Below, piece by piece: positions 18,385-28,534 of a stretch of 64,000 nucleotides of DNA. This stretch comes from Planctomycetaceae bacterium (GTDB lineage Bacteria > Planctomycetota > Planctomycetia > Pirellulales > Pirellulaceae), in assembly GCA_020638995.1 (NCBI GenBank), contig JACKHM010000002.1, positions 902,902 through 966,901 on the forward strand. Reading direction: 5' to 3'. The notes under the pieces were generated by a model, which made no database searches, was not told the DNA's origin, and was given only the letters and a program-made list of their open reading frames with translations. Both the position numbers and the translations under genes were made by a program. Within the stretch, counting starts at the first letter, position 1. Each line of letters opens with the position of its first letter.

Positions 18385-21054
18385 ATGTTTGAAAACCGAA
18401 GTCTCCGCCTCGACCTGTTTGCACTGGCACTCTGCGGGTTCGTAATTTTCCTGGGAGCATCGCTCGGGACCTATAGTCCGGCCGATACCGTTCCTCAGCT
18501 GATGCCACCTTTCGACCGTTTCTACCACGCGGATCAGCTCGTTTATCCGGCGACCACGACGTTGACAAATGCTTGCGGGAAATGGGGAGCGCTGGCCTCG
18601 GACATCATGCTCAACGGCTTGGGCATTGGTGCGTACTACGTCATACTGTCGTTGGTGATTGTCGACGTATTGCTGCTGTCACGGCGTTCCATCGACACAC
18701 CCGCGCTGCGATCCATTGGTTGGGTTCTTTCTTTGGCAGGACTCACTTCGATCATTTCGCTGATCGCTCCCAATGCGTCGCTAGGCCCGATGATTGGAGC
18801 AGGCGGCTATCTCGGCGTGCTCGGACGAACCCTGCTAGAAACGCACTTCGCCTTGGCGGGCTCGTTGATCTTGGCGAGCAGTCTGTTGATTGGGGGTTTG
18901 ATGTTGTGCACCGACTATGCACTTTTTCGCATGGCGTTCACCGCCGGTGCATTCACGGCGACTGGCGTAGCCAAGGGGCGACAACGAATTGCTGAACGCC
19001 GACAAGTACTGGCGGAGCGGAAACCCGCGAAATCCGAGAAGAGCAAACCGGTCAAAATCAACGACGATCTGGAGGACGTCGAAGAGGAGATCGAAGAACT
19101 GGCAGTCAAAGTGCGAGGCAAAACCGTTGAAGAGGATGTCGAAGAATTTCCCGTGGTGGAGGATATCCAGGAGGAGCTCATCGACGAGGAGCCGGATCAG
19201 GACGTTATTCAGCCGGAACCGGAAGTAGTTGTCAAAAAGAAGGAACGGCCGAAAAAGCCGTCCGGCGTAACCTCGCGACCACACTTCAGCATGAAAAATG
19301 GGTTTGATAAAGAAGCACGCGAGCAAGTCATGACGACGCTCGATGCGGCAGCCAACCAGGAAGACTCGGGTGAGTATGAACTGCCCGACATTGACCTGCT
19401 GATCGAAGGCGACGACGTATGCCTTGACGAGCAAGTCAAAGAGGTTCGCCGCAAGGCAAAGATCCTCGAAAAGACGTTCGCCGATTTTGGCTTCAACGTA
19501 AAAGTCGTCGAAATCGAGACTGGTCCAGTCATCGCGCAGTACGAAGTCGAACTCGAAGCTGGGCTGCGACTTGCCAAGATCACGAATCTGGCTGATGATC
19601 TCGCGATCGCTCTGCGCGTTCCCAGCGTCCGTATCGTGGCGCCGATTCCGGGCAAAAACACGGTCGGCATCGAAGTACCAAACGAAATGCGGCAAGTCGT
19701 CCGACTGCGTGAAGTCATCGAAGAGACGAACGGCAAGACGAAGAAGATGAAGATTCCGCTGTTCCTTGGCAAGGACGTTTCTGGAAATCCATTGACAGTT
19801 GACTTGGCAACCTTGCCTCACCTTTTGATTGCGGGCCGAACGGGTACAGGAAAAAGTGTTTGCTTGAACGCCATTATCTCGTCAATCCTGATGACCAAGC
19901 GCCCGGACGAAGTCCGCATGTTGATGATCGATCCGAAGATGGTCGAACTTAGTGGTTATGGTCGCTTGCCCCACCTGATGCATCCGGTGGTAACCGACAT
20001 GAGGAAAGCCGAGGCGATCCTCGCCTGGGCCGTCGACAAAATGGAAGAACGATACGCCATGCTTGCGAGGGCTGGTGTGCGACACGTATCGAGCTACAAC
20101 CAACTAAGCGAAGAGGAATTGCGGCGTCGCATGGACCCGGAGACCGAAGAGGAGTGGGCCGCGATTCCGACTCACTTGCCGTTCATTGTGATTGTCGCCG
20201 ACGAGATGGCCGACCTGATGATGACGGCGGGTAAGGAAGTCGAGCAGCACATCATTCGTCTCGCGCAGAAGAGCCGAGCCGTCGGCATTCACCTGATCCT
20301 GGCCACACAGAAACCGACCGTTGACGTGATCACAGGATTGATCAAGTCCAACTTGCCGGCTCGCATTTCGTTCCAAGTCGCAAGTCGCACGGACAGCCGC
20401 GTCGTGCTCGACGAAATGGGAGCTGACAAGCTGTTGGGGAACGGCGATATGCTTTTCCTATGGCCTGGAACGAGTTCCTTGCTTCGTGGCCAAGGAACCT
20501 ACTTGAGCGACGAGGAAATCGAGAGCGTCGTCGACTGTGTCAGCACCGGCGAACAGCACTTTGTTAACGAGTTGGTCAACTTGAAAGTCGACGAAGGGGA
20601 CGGCGAAACGCCCGGTCCGTTGAAAAAACGAGACGACCTGTACGAAGCGGCGGTCGATGTGGTTGTGCGTGAGGGCCGAGGCAGCGTTTCGTTGCTACAA
20701 AGAACGCTTGGAATCGGGTACGGTCGGGCGGCTCGTTTAATCGACTACATGGCCGAAGATGGAATCGTCGGAGCCTATGCCGGCTCTCAGGCCCGGGAGG
20801 TCATCATTTCCCTGTCTGATTGGGAGGCAATGCAGAGCGGCGGGGAAGCTGCATCCGAACCTCCGACCACTCCAGTGAAAGCTGTGGTTGAGCCCAAACG
20901 CCGATCAAACAAGATCAAACCCGCCCCGGACTGGGACGATGATGATGAAGAAGCCGCTGCGCAAGAAGAATGGAACGATGGATTTGGAGAAGACGAGGAA
21001 GAGGAAGATTGGGACGAAGAGGAACAGGAAGAGTACGAAGCAGAGAGCGCTTGA
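18385..21054 (+). CDS. ftsK: DNA translocase FtsK/SpoIIIE with an acidic C-terminal extension
   Basis: It has N-terminal TM helices and a charged linker. The motor shows Walker A GRTGTGKSV, Walker B IVIVADEMADLM, and LILATQKPTVDVI. A gamma-like winged helix (LLQRTLGIGYGRAARLIDYMAEDGIVG) is followed by ~80 extra residues. Confidence 0.93.
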   Translation: MFENRSLRLDLFALALCGFVIFLGASLGTYSPADTVPQLMPPFDRFYHADQLVYPATTTLTNACGKWGALASDIMLNGLGIGAYYVILSLVIVDVLLLSRRSIDTPALRSIGWVLSLAGLTSIISLIAPNASLGPMIGAGGYLGVLGRTLLETHFALAGSLILASSLLIGGLMLCTDYALFRMAFTAGAFTATGVAKGRQRIAERRQVLAERKPAKSEKSKPVKINDDLEDVEEEIEELAVKVRGKTVEEDVEEFPVVEDIQEELIDEEPDQDVIQPEPEVVVKKKERPKKPSGVTSRPHFSMKNGFDKEAREQVMTTLDAAANQEDSGEYELPDIDLLIEGDDVCLDEQVKEVRRKAKILEKTFADFGFNVKVVEIETGPVIAQYEVELEAGLRLAKITNLADDLAIALRVPSVRIVAPIPGKNTVGIEVPNEMRQVVRLREVIEETNGKTKKMKIPLFLGKDVSGNPLTVDLATLPHLLIAGRTGTGKSVCLNAIISSILMTKRPDEVRMLMIDPKMVELSGYGRLPHLMHPVVTDMRKAEAILAWAVDKMEERYAMLARAGVRHVSSYNQLSEEELRRRMDPETEEEWAAIPTHLPFIVIVADEMADLMMTAGKEVEQHIIRLAQKSRAVGIHLILATQKPTVDVITGLIKSNLPARISFQVASRTDSRVVLDEMGADKLLGNGDMLFLWPGTSSLLRGQGTYLSDEEIESVVDCVSTGEQHFVNELVNLKVDEGDGETPGPLKKRDDLYEAAVDVVVREGRGSVSLLQRTLGIGYGRAARLIDYMAEDGIVGAYAGSQAREVIISLSDWEAMQSGGEAASEPPTTPVKAVVEPKRRSNKIKPAPDWDDDDEEAAAQEEWNDGFGEDEEEEDWDEEEQEEYEAESA

Positions 21055-21074
21055 TAAAAACCTCACGTCATTGG

Positions 21075-21872
21075 CTACGCCCTGATATAGCCTTCCGGCG
21101 GGAACACGCCCATGACACGCTGCGTAAAGTCGATGCACGATCCCGTCAGAATGCCTGATTCATCGCTGAGCAAGTAAGTACACAAACGTGCGACGTCGAG
21201 CGGTTTCAACAGACGCCCGAACGGAGAAGCAGCTTCGCCAATCTCCAGCCAATTCTCGGGTGCCCCTTGCTTGCGTTGAACGTCATGCTCCGCAGGCGTG
21301 TCGGTCCAGCCCAGGTTAATGCCGTTCACTCGGATGCGGTGCGCTCGCAATGAGTTGGCCGTGTTCTTTGTGAAAGTCTGAAGCGCCCCTTTGGTAGCGC
21401 TATACGGCGTCAGGTTATCCATGCCACAGTAGGCCGCCACCGACAGGATGTTCACAATCGAACCGGCGATCTTCTCGCGGCGCATGATGCGCGCCGCCTC
21501 TTGTGTCAGTATGAATGGAGCGCGCACATTAACCGCAAATTGGTAGTCCCAAAACTCGACGGTGGCGTCGTCAAGCGTTGCTCGATTCGTGTCGGCCGCC
21601 GCGTTTACTAGACCATCCACGCGACCGAATCGCTCATCGCATTGCCGCACGATATTGCGACAATCCTCGACGACAGACAGATCTGCTGAAACGAAAAGCC
21701 CCCGTGAGCCGAGTTCGTCAATCGCCTTGACGATACTCGCGCCCCGGTCGCTCTGACGTCCACAAATCACGACGCCAGCCGCACCGTTCTCGGCGGCATG
21801 CAACGCGACCGCTTGGCCAACTCCCTGTGTGCCGCCCGTCGCGATGATGACCCTGCCGTCTAACCTTTTCAC
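21075..21872 (-). CDS. SDR-family oxidoreductase
   Basis: Motifs are TGGTQGVGQA (TGxxxGxG), NAAA, and the catalytic YSATK (YxxxK). The start is GTG. Confidence 0.85.
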   Translation of the reverse strand: MKRLDGRVIIATGGTQGVGQAVALHAAENGAAGVVICGRQSDRGASIVKAIDELGSRGLFVSADLSVVEDCRNIVRQCDERFGRVDGLVNAAADTNRATLDDATVEFWDYQFAVNVRAPFILTQEAARIMRREKIAGSIVNILSVAAYCGMDNLTPYSATKGALQTFTKNTANSLRAHRIRVNGINLGWTDTPAEHDVQRKQGAPENWLEIGEAASPFGRLLKPLDVARLCTYLLSDESGILTGSCIDFTQRVMGVFPPEGYIRA

Positions 21873-22150
21873 GTGAAGCTCCCTGCGTTGTGCTCAATGT
21901 CATTGTTGTGATTTGTGTCTGGCCATCGACACCAGTCGAAGACTAGTGTTAGAGCAGCTATCGGGCGCGTCTGTCCAGTATCAAGGCGAGCCGTTCGATA
22001 TTTGCTCTGAAGCCCACAATCCGTTGATTGTGAGAGCGTACCGCAAGAGAAATGCAAACGAAAGTACCGACAGTCGCGGTGGCCTCGCCAGCATCGTACA
22101 ATCGAGCCACACGTTAAGAACTCAAACGATTCGTCCTTAGAGGTAATGAA

Positions 22151-22987
22151 ATGCAACTACGACGTGCCGCACTTTATTGCTGGATCGCAATATTTACCAC
22201 CACCATCTTCTGGCAAGCGATCACGTCTAGTACGTCACTGGCCGCCGAGGAGTTTGCCGGCAAACACTCGGACTGGCACGGTTTCGATCGGTTCGATTTT
22301 GAAATAGACTCGAGGCCCTGTATTGTCGTGACGCCCAAGGTCGTCGCGGAAGGAAAGCCGTGGATTTGGCGAGCGCGCTTCTTTGGACATGAACCCCAGG
22401 CCGATATCGCATTACTCAATCATGGTTTCCACGTCGTGTACTGCGACGTCGCCAATCTCTTCGGAAGCCCGCGAGCAGTGTCTCATTGGAATGCATTCTA
22501 TGCTTACCTGACGGAGGAACACGGATTCGCGCCGCAGGCAGCTTTGGAAGGGATGAGTCGTGGCGGACTGATCATCTACAATTGGGCTGCGGCCAATCCA
22601 GACAAAGTCTCGTGCATCTATGGCGATGCGCCGGTCTGCGACTTTAAGAGTTGGCCGGGCGGCAAGGGGAAAGGGCAGGGGAGTCAAGCCGCCTGGCGCG
22701 ACTGCCTGAAAGCTTATGACATGACCGAGGAGCAGGCGCTCGCCTTCCGCGGCAATCCGATCGATAACCTCCAACCCCTGGCCACCGCAGGCATTCCGCT
22801 GCTGCACGTGGTCGGAGATGCCGACGTCGTCGTTCCCGTCGAAGAGAACACGGGGATCATCGCCGAGCGATATCGCAAGCTTGGCGGATCGATTCAAGTG
22901 ATCAACAAACCGGGCATCGGACACCATCCTCATTCGCTGAAGGATCCGACGCCCATCGTTGACTTCATATTGCGGCACTCGCGATAG
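22151..22987 (+). CDS. Secreted alpha/beta hydrolase
   Basis: A signal peptide ends in SLAAEE. The nucleophile elbow is GMSRGG (GxSxG). A late Asp and His (VGDAD, GIGHHPH) fit a catalytic triad. Confidence 0.7.
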   Translation: MQLRRAALYCWIAIFTTTIFWQAITSSTSLAAEEFAGKHSDWHGFDRFDFEIDSRPCIVVTPKVVAEGKPWIWRARFFGHEPQADIALLNHGFHVVYCDVANLFGSPRAVSHWNAFYAYLTEEHGFAPQAALEGMSRGGLIIYNWAAANPDKVSCIYGDAPVCDFKSWPGGKGKGQGSQAAWRDCLKAYDMTEEQALAFRGNPIDNLQPLATAGIPLLHVVGDADVVVPVEENTGIIAERYRKLGGSIQVINKPGIGHHPHSLKDPTPIVDFILRHSR

Positions 22988-22990
22988 CAG

Positions 22991-23701
22991 CTATTGCCCC
23001 AGTAAACTCGCCACATCGGCTTCAATTGATTCAGCCCAAATCGTGTAGCCTTGTTCGCTCAAGTGCAGCAAGTCGGGCATAATCTCGCGAGTCAGCGTTC
23101 CATCTTCTTGGAGGAACTTTTTACCGATGTCTCGGAAGAAGACGTGCTCGTCGTCGGCGAGTTTGGCAATGATGGCATTTGTCTTTTCGTTGACCTGACG
23201 GCGTGTATCTGCGTCATTTTCGCCGCGCGGAAATACGGCCAGCAGCAGGATTTTAGTCTTCGGCGTCATTTTCTGGAGTTGCGTGACAATCGCGGTAACT
23301 CCTTCGGCGATCTGCTCCGGCGTATTGCTTCCGGAGTTATTCGTGCCAATCATGATCACGGCCAACTTGGGCGAAATGCCTTCCAGATTTCCGTTATCCA
23401 GTCGCCAGATAACATGCTGAGTCCGATCACCACCGATACCAAGATTCACCGCGTTTCTAGTGCCATAAAATTTCTCCCAAACCGCTTTACCGCGTCCTTC
23501 CCAACCCTGAGTGATTGAATCGCCGATAAACACAAGATCGACATTGCCTTGTTTGACGCGAGCGTTCATTGCCTCGTGGCGAGTCATCCAACCGCCTTCG
23601 CGCGGGACGGGCTTGATGGCATCGTGTTCTTCGGCTCGCAGCGAAAGATTCAGCGCGGTAGCCGCGATTGCCAGAAACAACGCTCGGGATACAACTTTCA
23701 T
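22991..23701 (-). CDS. Secreted SGNH/GDSL hydrolase
   Basis: ATG 23701 gives the signal peptide MKVVSRALFLAIAATALNLSLRA. Block I is FIGDSITQGW, block III is IGTNN, and block V is PDLLHLS (DxxH). Confidence 0.85.
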   Translation of the reverse strand: MKVVSRALFLAIAATALNLSLRAEEHDAIKPVPREGGWMTRHEAMNARVKQGNVDLVFIGDSITQGWEGRGKAVWEKFYGTRNAVNLGIGGDRTQHVIWRLDNGNLEGISPKLAVIMIGTNNSGSNTPEQIAEGVTAIVTQLQKMTPKTKILLLAVFPRGENDADTRRQVNEKTNAIIAKLADDEHVFFRDIGKKFLQEDGTLTREIMPDLLHLSEQGYTIWAESIEADVASLLGQ

Positions 23702-23814
23702 AATGAGTTCTCCAAAGGTGGAATTGCAGGGGTGAGGCACGGAAGGCTGTTCAGAGGCGGGTGCTGTGAGGCGAGATACATCTTACTTGGTGCGATTGCG
23801 AAAGACGAGCGTCG

Positions 23815-25074
23815 TTAAACTACGATCTCGCCAATATCGATCAAATGTAACTGACGACCATAGTTCTCGTGTGGTGCGTCGATACAGACGTACTTGCTGT
23901 TGGGACTAAATCGTGGATGCGTGTCGACTCGCCATTCGCCTGTGTACATTGGCGGCAAGTGGAAGTGACCAAGATCGATTCGGCGGCCCGAGGCAACATG
24001 ATAAAGATGCGGCGTCTGGAGTCGTTCGGCTCCTTTTGGATAGGTATCATTCAGAATCCACTGGTTATTGGGCAGATAGCTAAGATGCCCGCTACCATCA
24101 AGGACACCGTGTCCGATCTCTTCGACTGTGCCGCCCTCGCGATCCTCGAATAAAAAGTCACCCCAGTTTGCATTACCCAGCAATTCTTTCGATTGCGCCA
24201 ATATGTGCTGCGAATCACGCCAAATGAAATGCGACGTATAACCGTTGCCACACACAATGCGAATGTCGCTGCCATCTGGTTTTGCCGTGATCATTCGTGT
24301 CAAACGGCTACCGTCCGGATACTGCCACCGATGCAATGCGATGAAACGTGTACCGTCTGGGTTAAACAGCAGATGATTAAAGTAGTGTTTGATTCCGAAC
24401 TTTGGATTTGGAATAACGCCCAACCTCGCGATGTCGGCGATCGAAACGATTAGCTGCGACTCACCCGTTTCCAAATTGATGTGGAAGATCCCTGTCTCTG
24501 TCGGCGCCAAGTCATCGGCAAATGGATCAGGCGGCCCCGCGTATCCATAACCGGGTCGGACGTCGTTAATACGCCGAAAGTCCGGTGCAACCGCCGACTT
24601 TCCGTCAGGGCTCACAGAATAGATGGGATGAGCTAATGTTCGCTTATCGCCATTCGACGTATCGAGGATATGGCAGACGAAATGGTCTCCGTCGCGATCG
24701 TTCCAGATCACCTCCGACTGAGAGCCTGGCAACCACTGCAACATACACCCCTGTTGCCAGCACCAAGCTCTGCTTTCACCGAATTCAATCCAACGATCGT
24801 TGTCTTCGAGATCTACCATACCGACCTTAATTACGTCACTCGGTAGCGGAGACCGATGTTCGAACCCAACTTCCATCCCCAAAACAAACCGGCTGTTGGG
24901 GTCGAACTGAAGCTTGTCGTAGTACCCGAACCAATGGTGCTTTGGACCTCGTGTGATAACACGCGTGGGCGGAAACTCCTTCGCGCGAGTTGCGCAAAGA
25001 ACACCACTGTTCGCAATCGCCGCAGAACTGGCGACTCCCGCCATAATCGCCTCTCGTCGCGTCAGCCTCATCAT
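23815..25074 (-). CDS. Tat-signal periplasmic beta-propeller-like protein (TolB/oligogalacturonide-lyase-like), function unassigned
   Basis: The twin-arginine leader is MMRLTRREAIMAGVASSAAIA. The body is rich in repeated Trp/Gly/Asp beta-strand motifs. The ORF is a clean 419 aa. Confidence 0.6.
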   Translation of the reverse strand: MMRLTRREAIMAGVASSAAIANSGVLCATRAKEFPPTRVITRGPKHHWFGYYDKLQFDPNSRFVLGMEVGFEHRSPLPSDVIKVGMVDLEDNDRWIEFGESRAWCWQQGCMLQWLPGSQSEVIWNDRDGDHFVCHILDTSNGDKRTLAHPIYSVSPDGKSAVAPDFRRINDVRPGYGYAGPPDPFADDLAPTETGIFHINLETGESQLIVSIADIARLGVIPNPKFGIKHYFNHLLFNPDGTRFIALHRWQYPDGSRLTRMITAKPDGSDIRIVCGNGYTSHFIWRDSQHILAQSKELLGNANWGDFLFEDREGGTVEEIGHGVLDGSGHLSYLPNNQWILNDTYPKGAERLQTPHLYHVASGRRIDLGHFHLPPMYTGEWRVDTHPRFSPNSKYVCIDAPHENYGRQLHLIDIGEIVV

Positions 25075-25441
25075 GGAATTGATCCTCTGACTTGATATTC
25101 GCCCGGTAGTGTGACAGCAGCGCCATTAAGGTGCGGCTAAACCTTAAGAACATAACCACAGAAGTTTGCGTTTTCGAGTCACGAGGCAACATCAGCACAA
25201 AAACTGCCCTGCAGAATCACCGGACGCCTGCTCACGGAAGCAAAAGTTAAATCGGGAAAGCTTGGCAAAGCTTTCGTACTGGACCACCTCTGCCGCCTGT
25301 AACGCATTTTATGAATTTACGCGTTGCAACGGATCGAACTATCAAAAAGGCCTCGATTACAGGGGCATCGTGCGCCCCAGCGCCGCCTAAACAGACGCGG
25401 ACTGGCAACAGGATTATTGGGCGAGCAAGGAGGCTCCTCGA

Positions 25442-26740
25442 ATGCAGCTGAAGCTCTTGGCGTTCATGATCGCGGCGGTGCCAACCGTCTGCGGACTGAT
25501 TGCGAGGGTTCAGGCCGAGCCGCCAGACGTCGTTCACGTCTCCGACGCATCGATTGATGCGGCCCTCGGGAGAATTGGAACCCTGACCGCAGTGTGTGGT
25601 TGCGATAGTTGGTCCTGCGACGGAGGCTGTGGCGTCGTGGACTACGCCTGCGTACCTTGGACGCTGCTTCCAGAACTTGCCGGTGGCATCACAATCACCG
25701 GCTGGATCGAAGCCGGCGGCGCCGCCGACACGAGCCGCAACACCGACGGAAGCCTGCTCCCCCTCGCCTTTGCTGATCGCCAAGACATGACGGTCAATCA
25801 GGCGTATGCCGTGATCGAGCGTTCACTCAACAGTGCCAGCAGCTGGGATATTGGAGGACGGATCGACATTCTTTTCGGAACGGACGCCAGATTTACCGAG
25901 GTGCCTGGACTTGAACTCGAACGAGATGGACTGGGCAGCAAGTGGAACGGCAATTCATCTTACCGATTGTCGGCACCTCAGGCCTACGTCGAAGCAAGTG
26001 TCGGAGATTGGTCAACGAAGATCGGGCATTGGTATGCCATGGCGGGTTACGAGACCGTGACCGCACCTCAAAACTTTTTTTACACACACGCTTACACAAT
26101 GGCTTATGGTGAACCGTTCACCTACACGGGCGTATTGGTCAAGTACGATGTTGGTGATCGAGCATCACTACGCGCGGCGGTCCACAGCGGCTGGAACAGC
26201 TTTGACGGCAGCCGTGAACGGGCAGGCTTCGTCGGCGGCGCAAGCTGGACAAGCGCAGATGAATTGACAAGCGTGAGTTTGACGCTCACGACGGGTGACG
26301 AGATCAACAATGTGAACGCCTACTCCGCGAGAACGCTGTACTCGATCGTTGTCAGTCAGCGGATCACGGAGGACCTAACTTATGTCTTTCAACATGACAA
26401 CGGCTGGCAGCAGGATGACGGCGGGGCGGGGGTTGATTCTGAATGGTACGGCATCAATCAGTACTTGCTCTATCACCTAAATGCCTGCTGGTCGATGGCT
26501 GCTCGGCTCGAATGGTTCCGTGACGACGATGGGGTTCGCGTACCAAACTGGGCAGGCAACACCGGCACACCAGGAAGCTACTGGGAAACGACACTTGGGC
26601 TCAATTGGCGGCCCGGCACAAATCTGACGCTGCGCCCGGAACTTCGCTGGGATTGGTTTGATGGAGTCGGCAATCCGTACAGCAACGGCCAGAGTAAAGA
26701 CCAGTTTACAGCCTCATTTGATGCAATCTTGACTTTTTGA
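25442..26740 (+). CDS. Outer-membrane beta-barrel porin-like protein
   Basis: A signal peptide ends in RVQA. The sequence alternates in an aromatic/Gly-rich strand pattern, includes LRPELRWDWFDG, and ends in a C-terminal Phe (DAILTF). Confidence 0.7.
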   Translation: MQLKLLAFMIAAVPTVCGLIARVQAEPPDVVHVSDASIDAALGRIGTLTAVCGCDSWSCDGGCGVVDYACVPWTLLPELAGGITITGWIEAGGAADTSRNTDGSLLPLAFADRQDMTVNQAYAVIERSLNSASSWDIGGRIDILFGTDARFTEVPGLELERDGLGSKWNGNSSYRLSAPQAYVEASVGDWSTKIGHWYAMAGYETVTAPQNFFYTHAYTMAYGEPFTYTGVLVKYDVGDRASLRAAVHSGWNSFDGSRERAGFVGGASWTSADELTSVSLTLTTGDEINNVNAYSARTLYSIVVSQRITEDLTYVFQHDNGWQQDDGGAGVDSEWYGINQYLLYHLNACWSMAARLEWFRDDDGVRVPNWAGNTGTPGSYWETTLGLNWRPGTNLTLRPELRWDWFDGVGNPYSNGQSKDQFTASFDAILTF

Positions 26741-26796
26741 ACTATGGAAGACTTAACCGGTTCACCGATTTCAAACATAAAGCAGAGGCGACCCAG

Positions 26797-26831
26797 AGCG
26801 CCGCGCTGAGCCGTACAGCTCGCGCGGCGCT
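26797..26831 (+). terminator. GC-rich hairpin downstream of the porin gene (possible intrinsic terminator)
   Basis: agcgccgcgc-t-gagc / cgtaca / gctc-gcgcggcgct forms a 14-bp stem with one bulge and a 6-nt loop, 57 nt after the stop. The trailing sequence is only moderately T-rich. Confidence 0.4.
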
Positions 26832-26848
26832 GTCTCTGCATTCCTTCG

Positions 26849-27514
26849 TTGTTCCAGAGCTGTGAGATTCTCGAAATATTGGATTTTTCCCGTTTGAGGC
26901 AGAACATCGGTTTCCTGATCGTTGGCGTAGTTGTTGCATTAATCGCAATGTGCGGACACTGCTGCGCTGAGACGGTGTCAAAGGTTGACATACGACGCGA
27001 TCCCCTAGGCCCGATCGACTACTACGTAGTCATTTGCGCTCGCGAATCCGAACCTTGGGGTACCGGTCACACTTTTGTCGTCTGGGTCCAACAGGACAAG
27101 CAAACCGGGCAAATTCAATCGCAGGGATTTGGCTTCTATCCGGAAATCGAAAAAGTCATCATCCGCTTATTTACCGGCGACGGAGCTGTTCGCGATGAAT
27201 CGACAAAAGCCGCATCCATCAAGCCATCATTGTTGACGCACCGGTTGATCGTCCGCGTTGACCGAGATCAGTTCGAAAATGGGTTGAAAGTTAAAGATGG
27301 TTGGGTTGGTTCAGGTGTCGACTATCACTTACTCAACCGCAACTGCACACACTTCGGCCATGCGATCATGACCGCGATCCAACTCAACGCGCCGCCACCT
27401 GAGTTTGGCGAGCGTCCGGCAACCTATCTCTCCCGGCTGATGAACCTGAATCTCGGTCGAACGGACGCTAGCAACGAACAACTGCCCGCAACCTTTGTCA
27501 ACGGTCGGCGATAA
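26849..27514 (+). CDS. Membrane-anchored PPPDE/DeSI-like putative cysteine peptidase
   Basis: The ORF has a TTG start, and the true start is uncertain. The TM helix is IGFLIVGVVVALIAM. The His context (WGTGHTFVVWV) and Cys context (DYHLLNRNCTHFGHAI) resemble the PPPDE His...NCnhF pattern. Confidence 0.5.
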   Translation: MFQSCEILEILDFSRLRQNIGFLIVGVVVALIAMCGHCCAETVSKVDIRRDPLGPIDYYVVICARESEPWGTGHTFVVWVQQDKQTGQIQSQGFGFYPEIEKVIIRLFTGDGAVRDESTKAASIKPSLLTHRLIVRVDRDQFENGLKVKDGWVGSGVDYHLLNRNCTHFGHAIMTAIQLNAPPPEFGERPATYLSRLMNLNLGRTDASNEQLPATFVNGRR

Positions 27515-27625
27515 TCCGAGAATTAGGCTCGCGTCATACGTGTTCGCCTTGCATTTTGACTCGCAAGTCGTTATTCACCACCCGCGCTCATCTCCAACCG
27601 ACGCTCGCCAAACAGGCTCGGAACA

Positions 27626-28534
27626 ATGCCGCGACCCGCAAGATCATCGAGTGAGGTAGCACTCGCTCTCCCTGACTTAGCCCTTCTCGTCGTTGCTCTC
27701 GTATGCTTCGTTGGTTGTGCAACTGTATCACAAGAAGCTCGGCATTCTCCCGCTCAGCCCGACTTCCGCAATCCGCTGGCGATGCGAGCAGGTGATACCA
27801 CGACTGAGCCGAACCAACTCGTTGCGTTTTCCGACGAGGCGGTGCGTTTGATTGACGACTCGCTTGTCAACTTGATGCGAGGAGATCGAATAATTGCCTG
27901 GGACACTTGGGCGCGTGACAATTTGCAAGACGGCGACATCGTCTTTTTGCAGTCCAGGAGCAATTGGGTTTGGGGAGTCATCGAGCTATCGCAGCTCACG
28001 CGAGATGTAACCGATAGCGACTTTACACACGTAGCCTTGGCAGCGGTCGAGGAGGGCGAGGTATTTTTGTACGACATCGACACTCCCGGACCAGGCCGCA
28101 CGCGGTTTGGGGCGATGATGGCTGACTCGCAAACCGCAGCCGTCGCGGTGAAACGCTTGCGCCCGGAGTTTCAACCCTACGTGCCCGATGCCATCCAGTA
28201 CTGTCGTGACGTGTATAACAGTCGTTTGCCTTTCGACAAACAGTTAAAACTTGACAATGACCGACTCTATTGCGCCGAGTTAATTGAAGTTGCCTTTCGT
28301 TCCGCTGGCCTCGAACTCTCGCAACCCACTCGATGGGAGTCATTGCCCGGACTCGACAAGCACCCTCTTGCCGTAAGAACAATCGCGTGGGCCAACTCCA
28401 CGCAGCCGGAAGAGTTCGTCGTCGTTCCGGGCAACGAAAAGATCGGCATCTGGGCGAGTCCTGGACTGTACCTCGTATTGCCATTGACGGACGCCAAAGT
28501 GCCGCCCGCGGCCTCCGCGTCAAGCGAGCCGTAA
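27626..28534 (+). CDS. Lipoprotein, YiiX/YaeF-type permuted papain-like amidase (NlpC/P60 superfamily)
   Basis: The lipobox-like leader is LLVVALVCFVGC. Family features are DGDIVFLQSRS, a His context (FTHVALAA), then a C-terminal Cys (RLYCAELIEVAFRSAGL), which is the permuted order typical of this family. Confidence 0.7.
   Translation: MPRPARSSSEVALALPDLALLVVALVCFVGCATVSQEARHSPAQPDFRNPLAMRAGDTTTEPNQLVAFSDEAVRLIDDSLVNLMRGDRIIAWDTWARDNLQDGDIVFLQSRSNWVWGVIELSQLTRDVTDSDFTHVALAAVEEGEVFLYDIDTPGPGRTRFGAMMADSQTAAVAVKRLRPEFQPYVPDAIQYCRDVYNSRLPFDKQLKLDNDRLYCAELIEVAFRSAGLELSQPTRWESLPGLDKHPLAVRTIAWANSTQPEEFVVVPGNEKIGIWASPGLYLVLPLTDAKVPPAASASSEP

Noticed and set aside
18835-19821. A 328-aa minus-strand ORF inside ftsK (and a nested 187-aa ORF)
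   Set aside because: It is antisense to the charged linker and motor region of a clearly real FtsK gene. It is a low-complexity Phe/Asp/Leu/Arg translation and most likely a shadow ORF.
28520-28534. Convergent genes overlapping at their 3' ends (also 55846-55872)
   Set aside because: Short 3' overlaps of convergent genes are common in compact bacterial genomes. The sequence suggests no functional antisense regulation.
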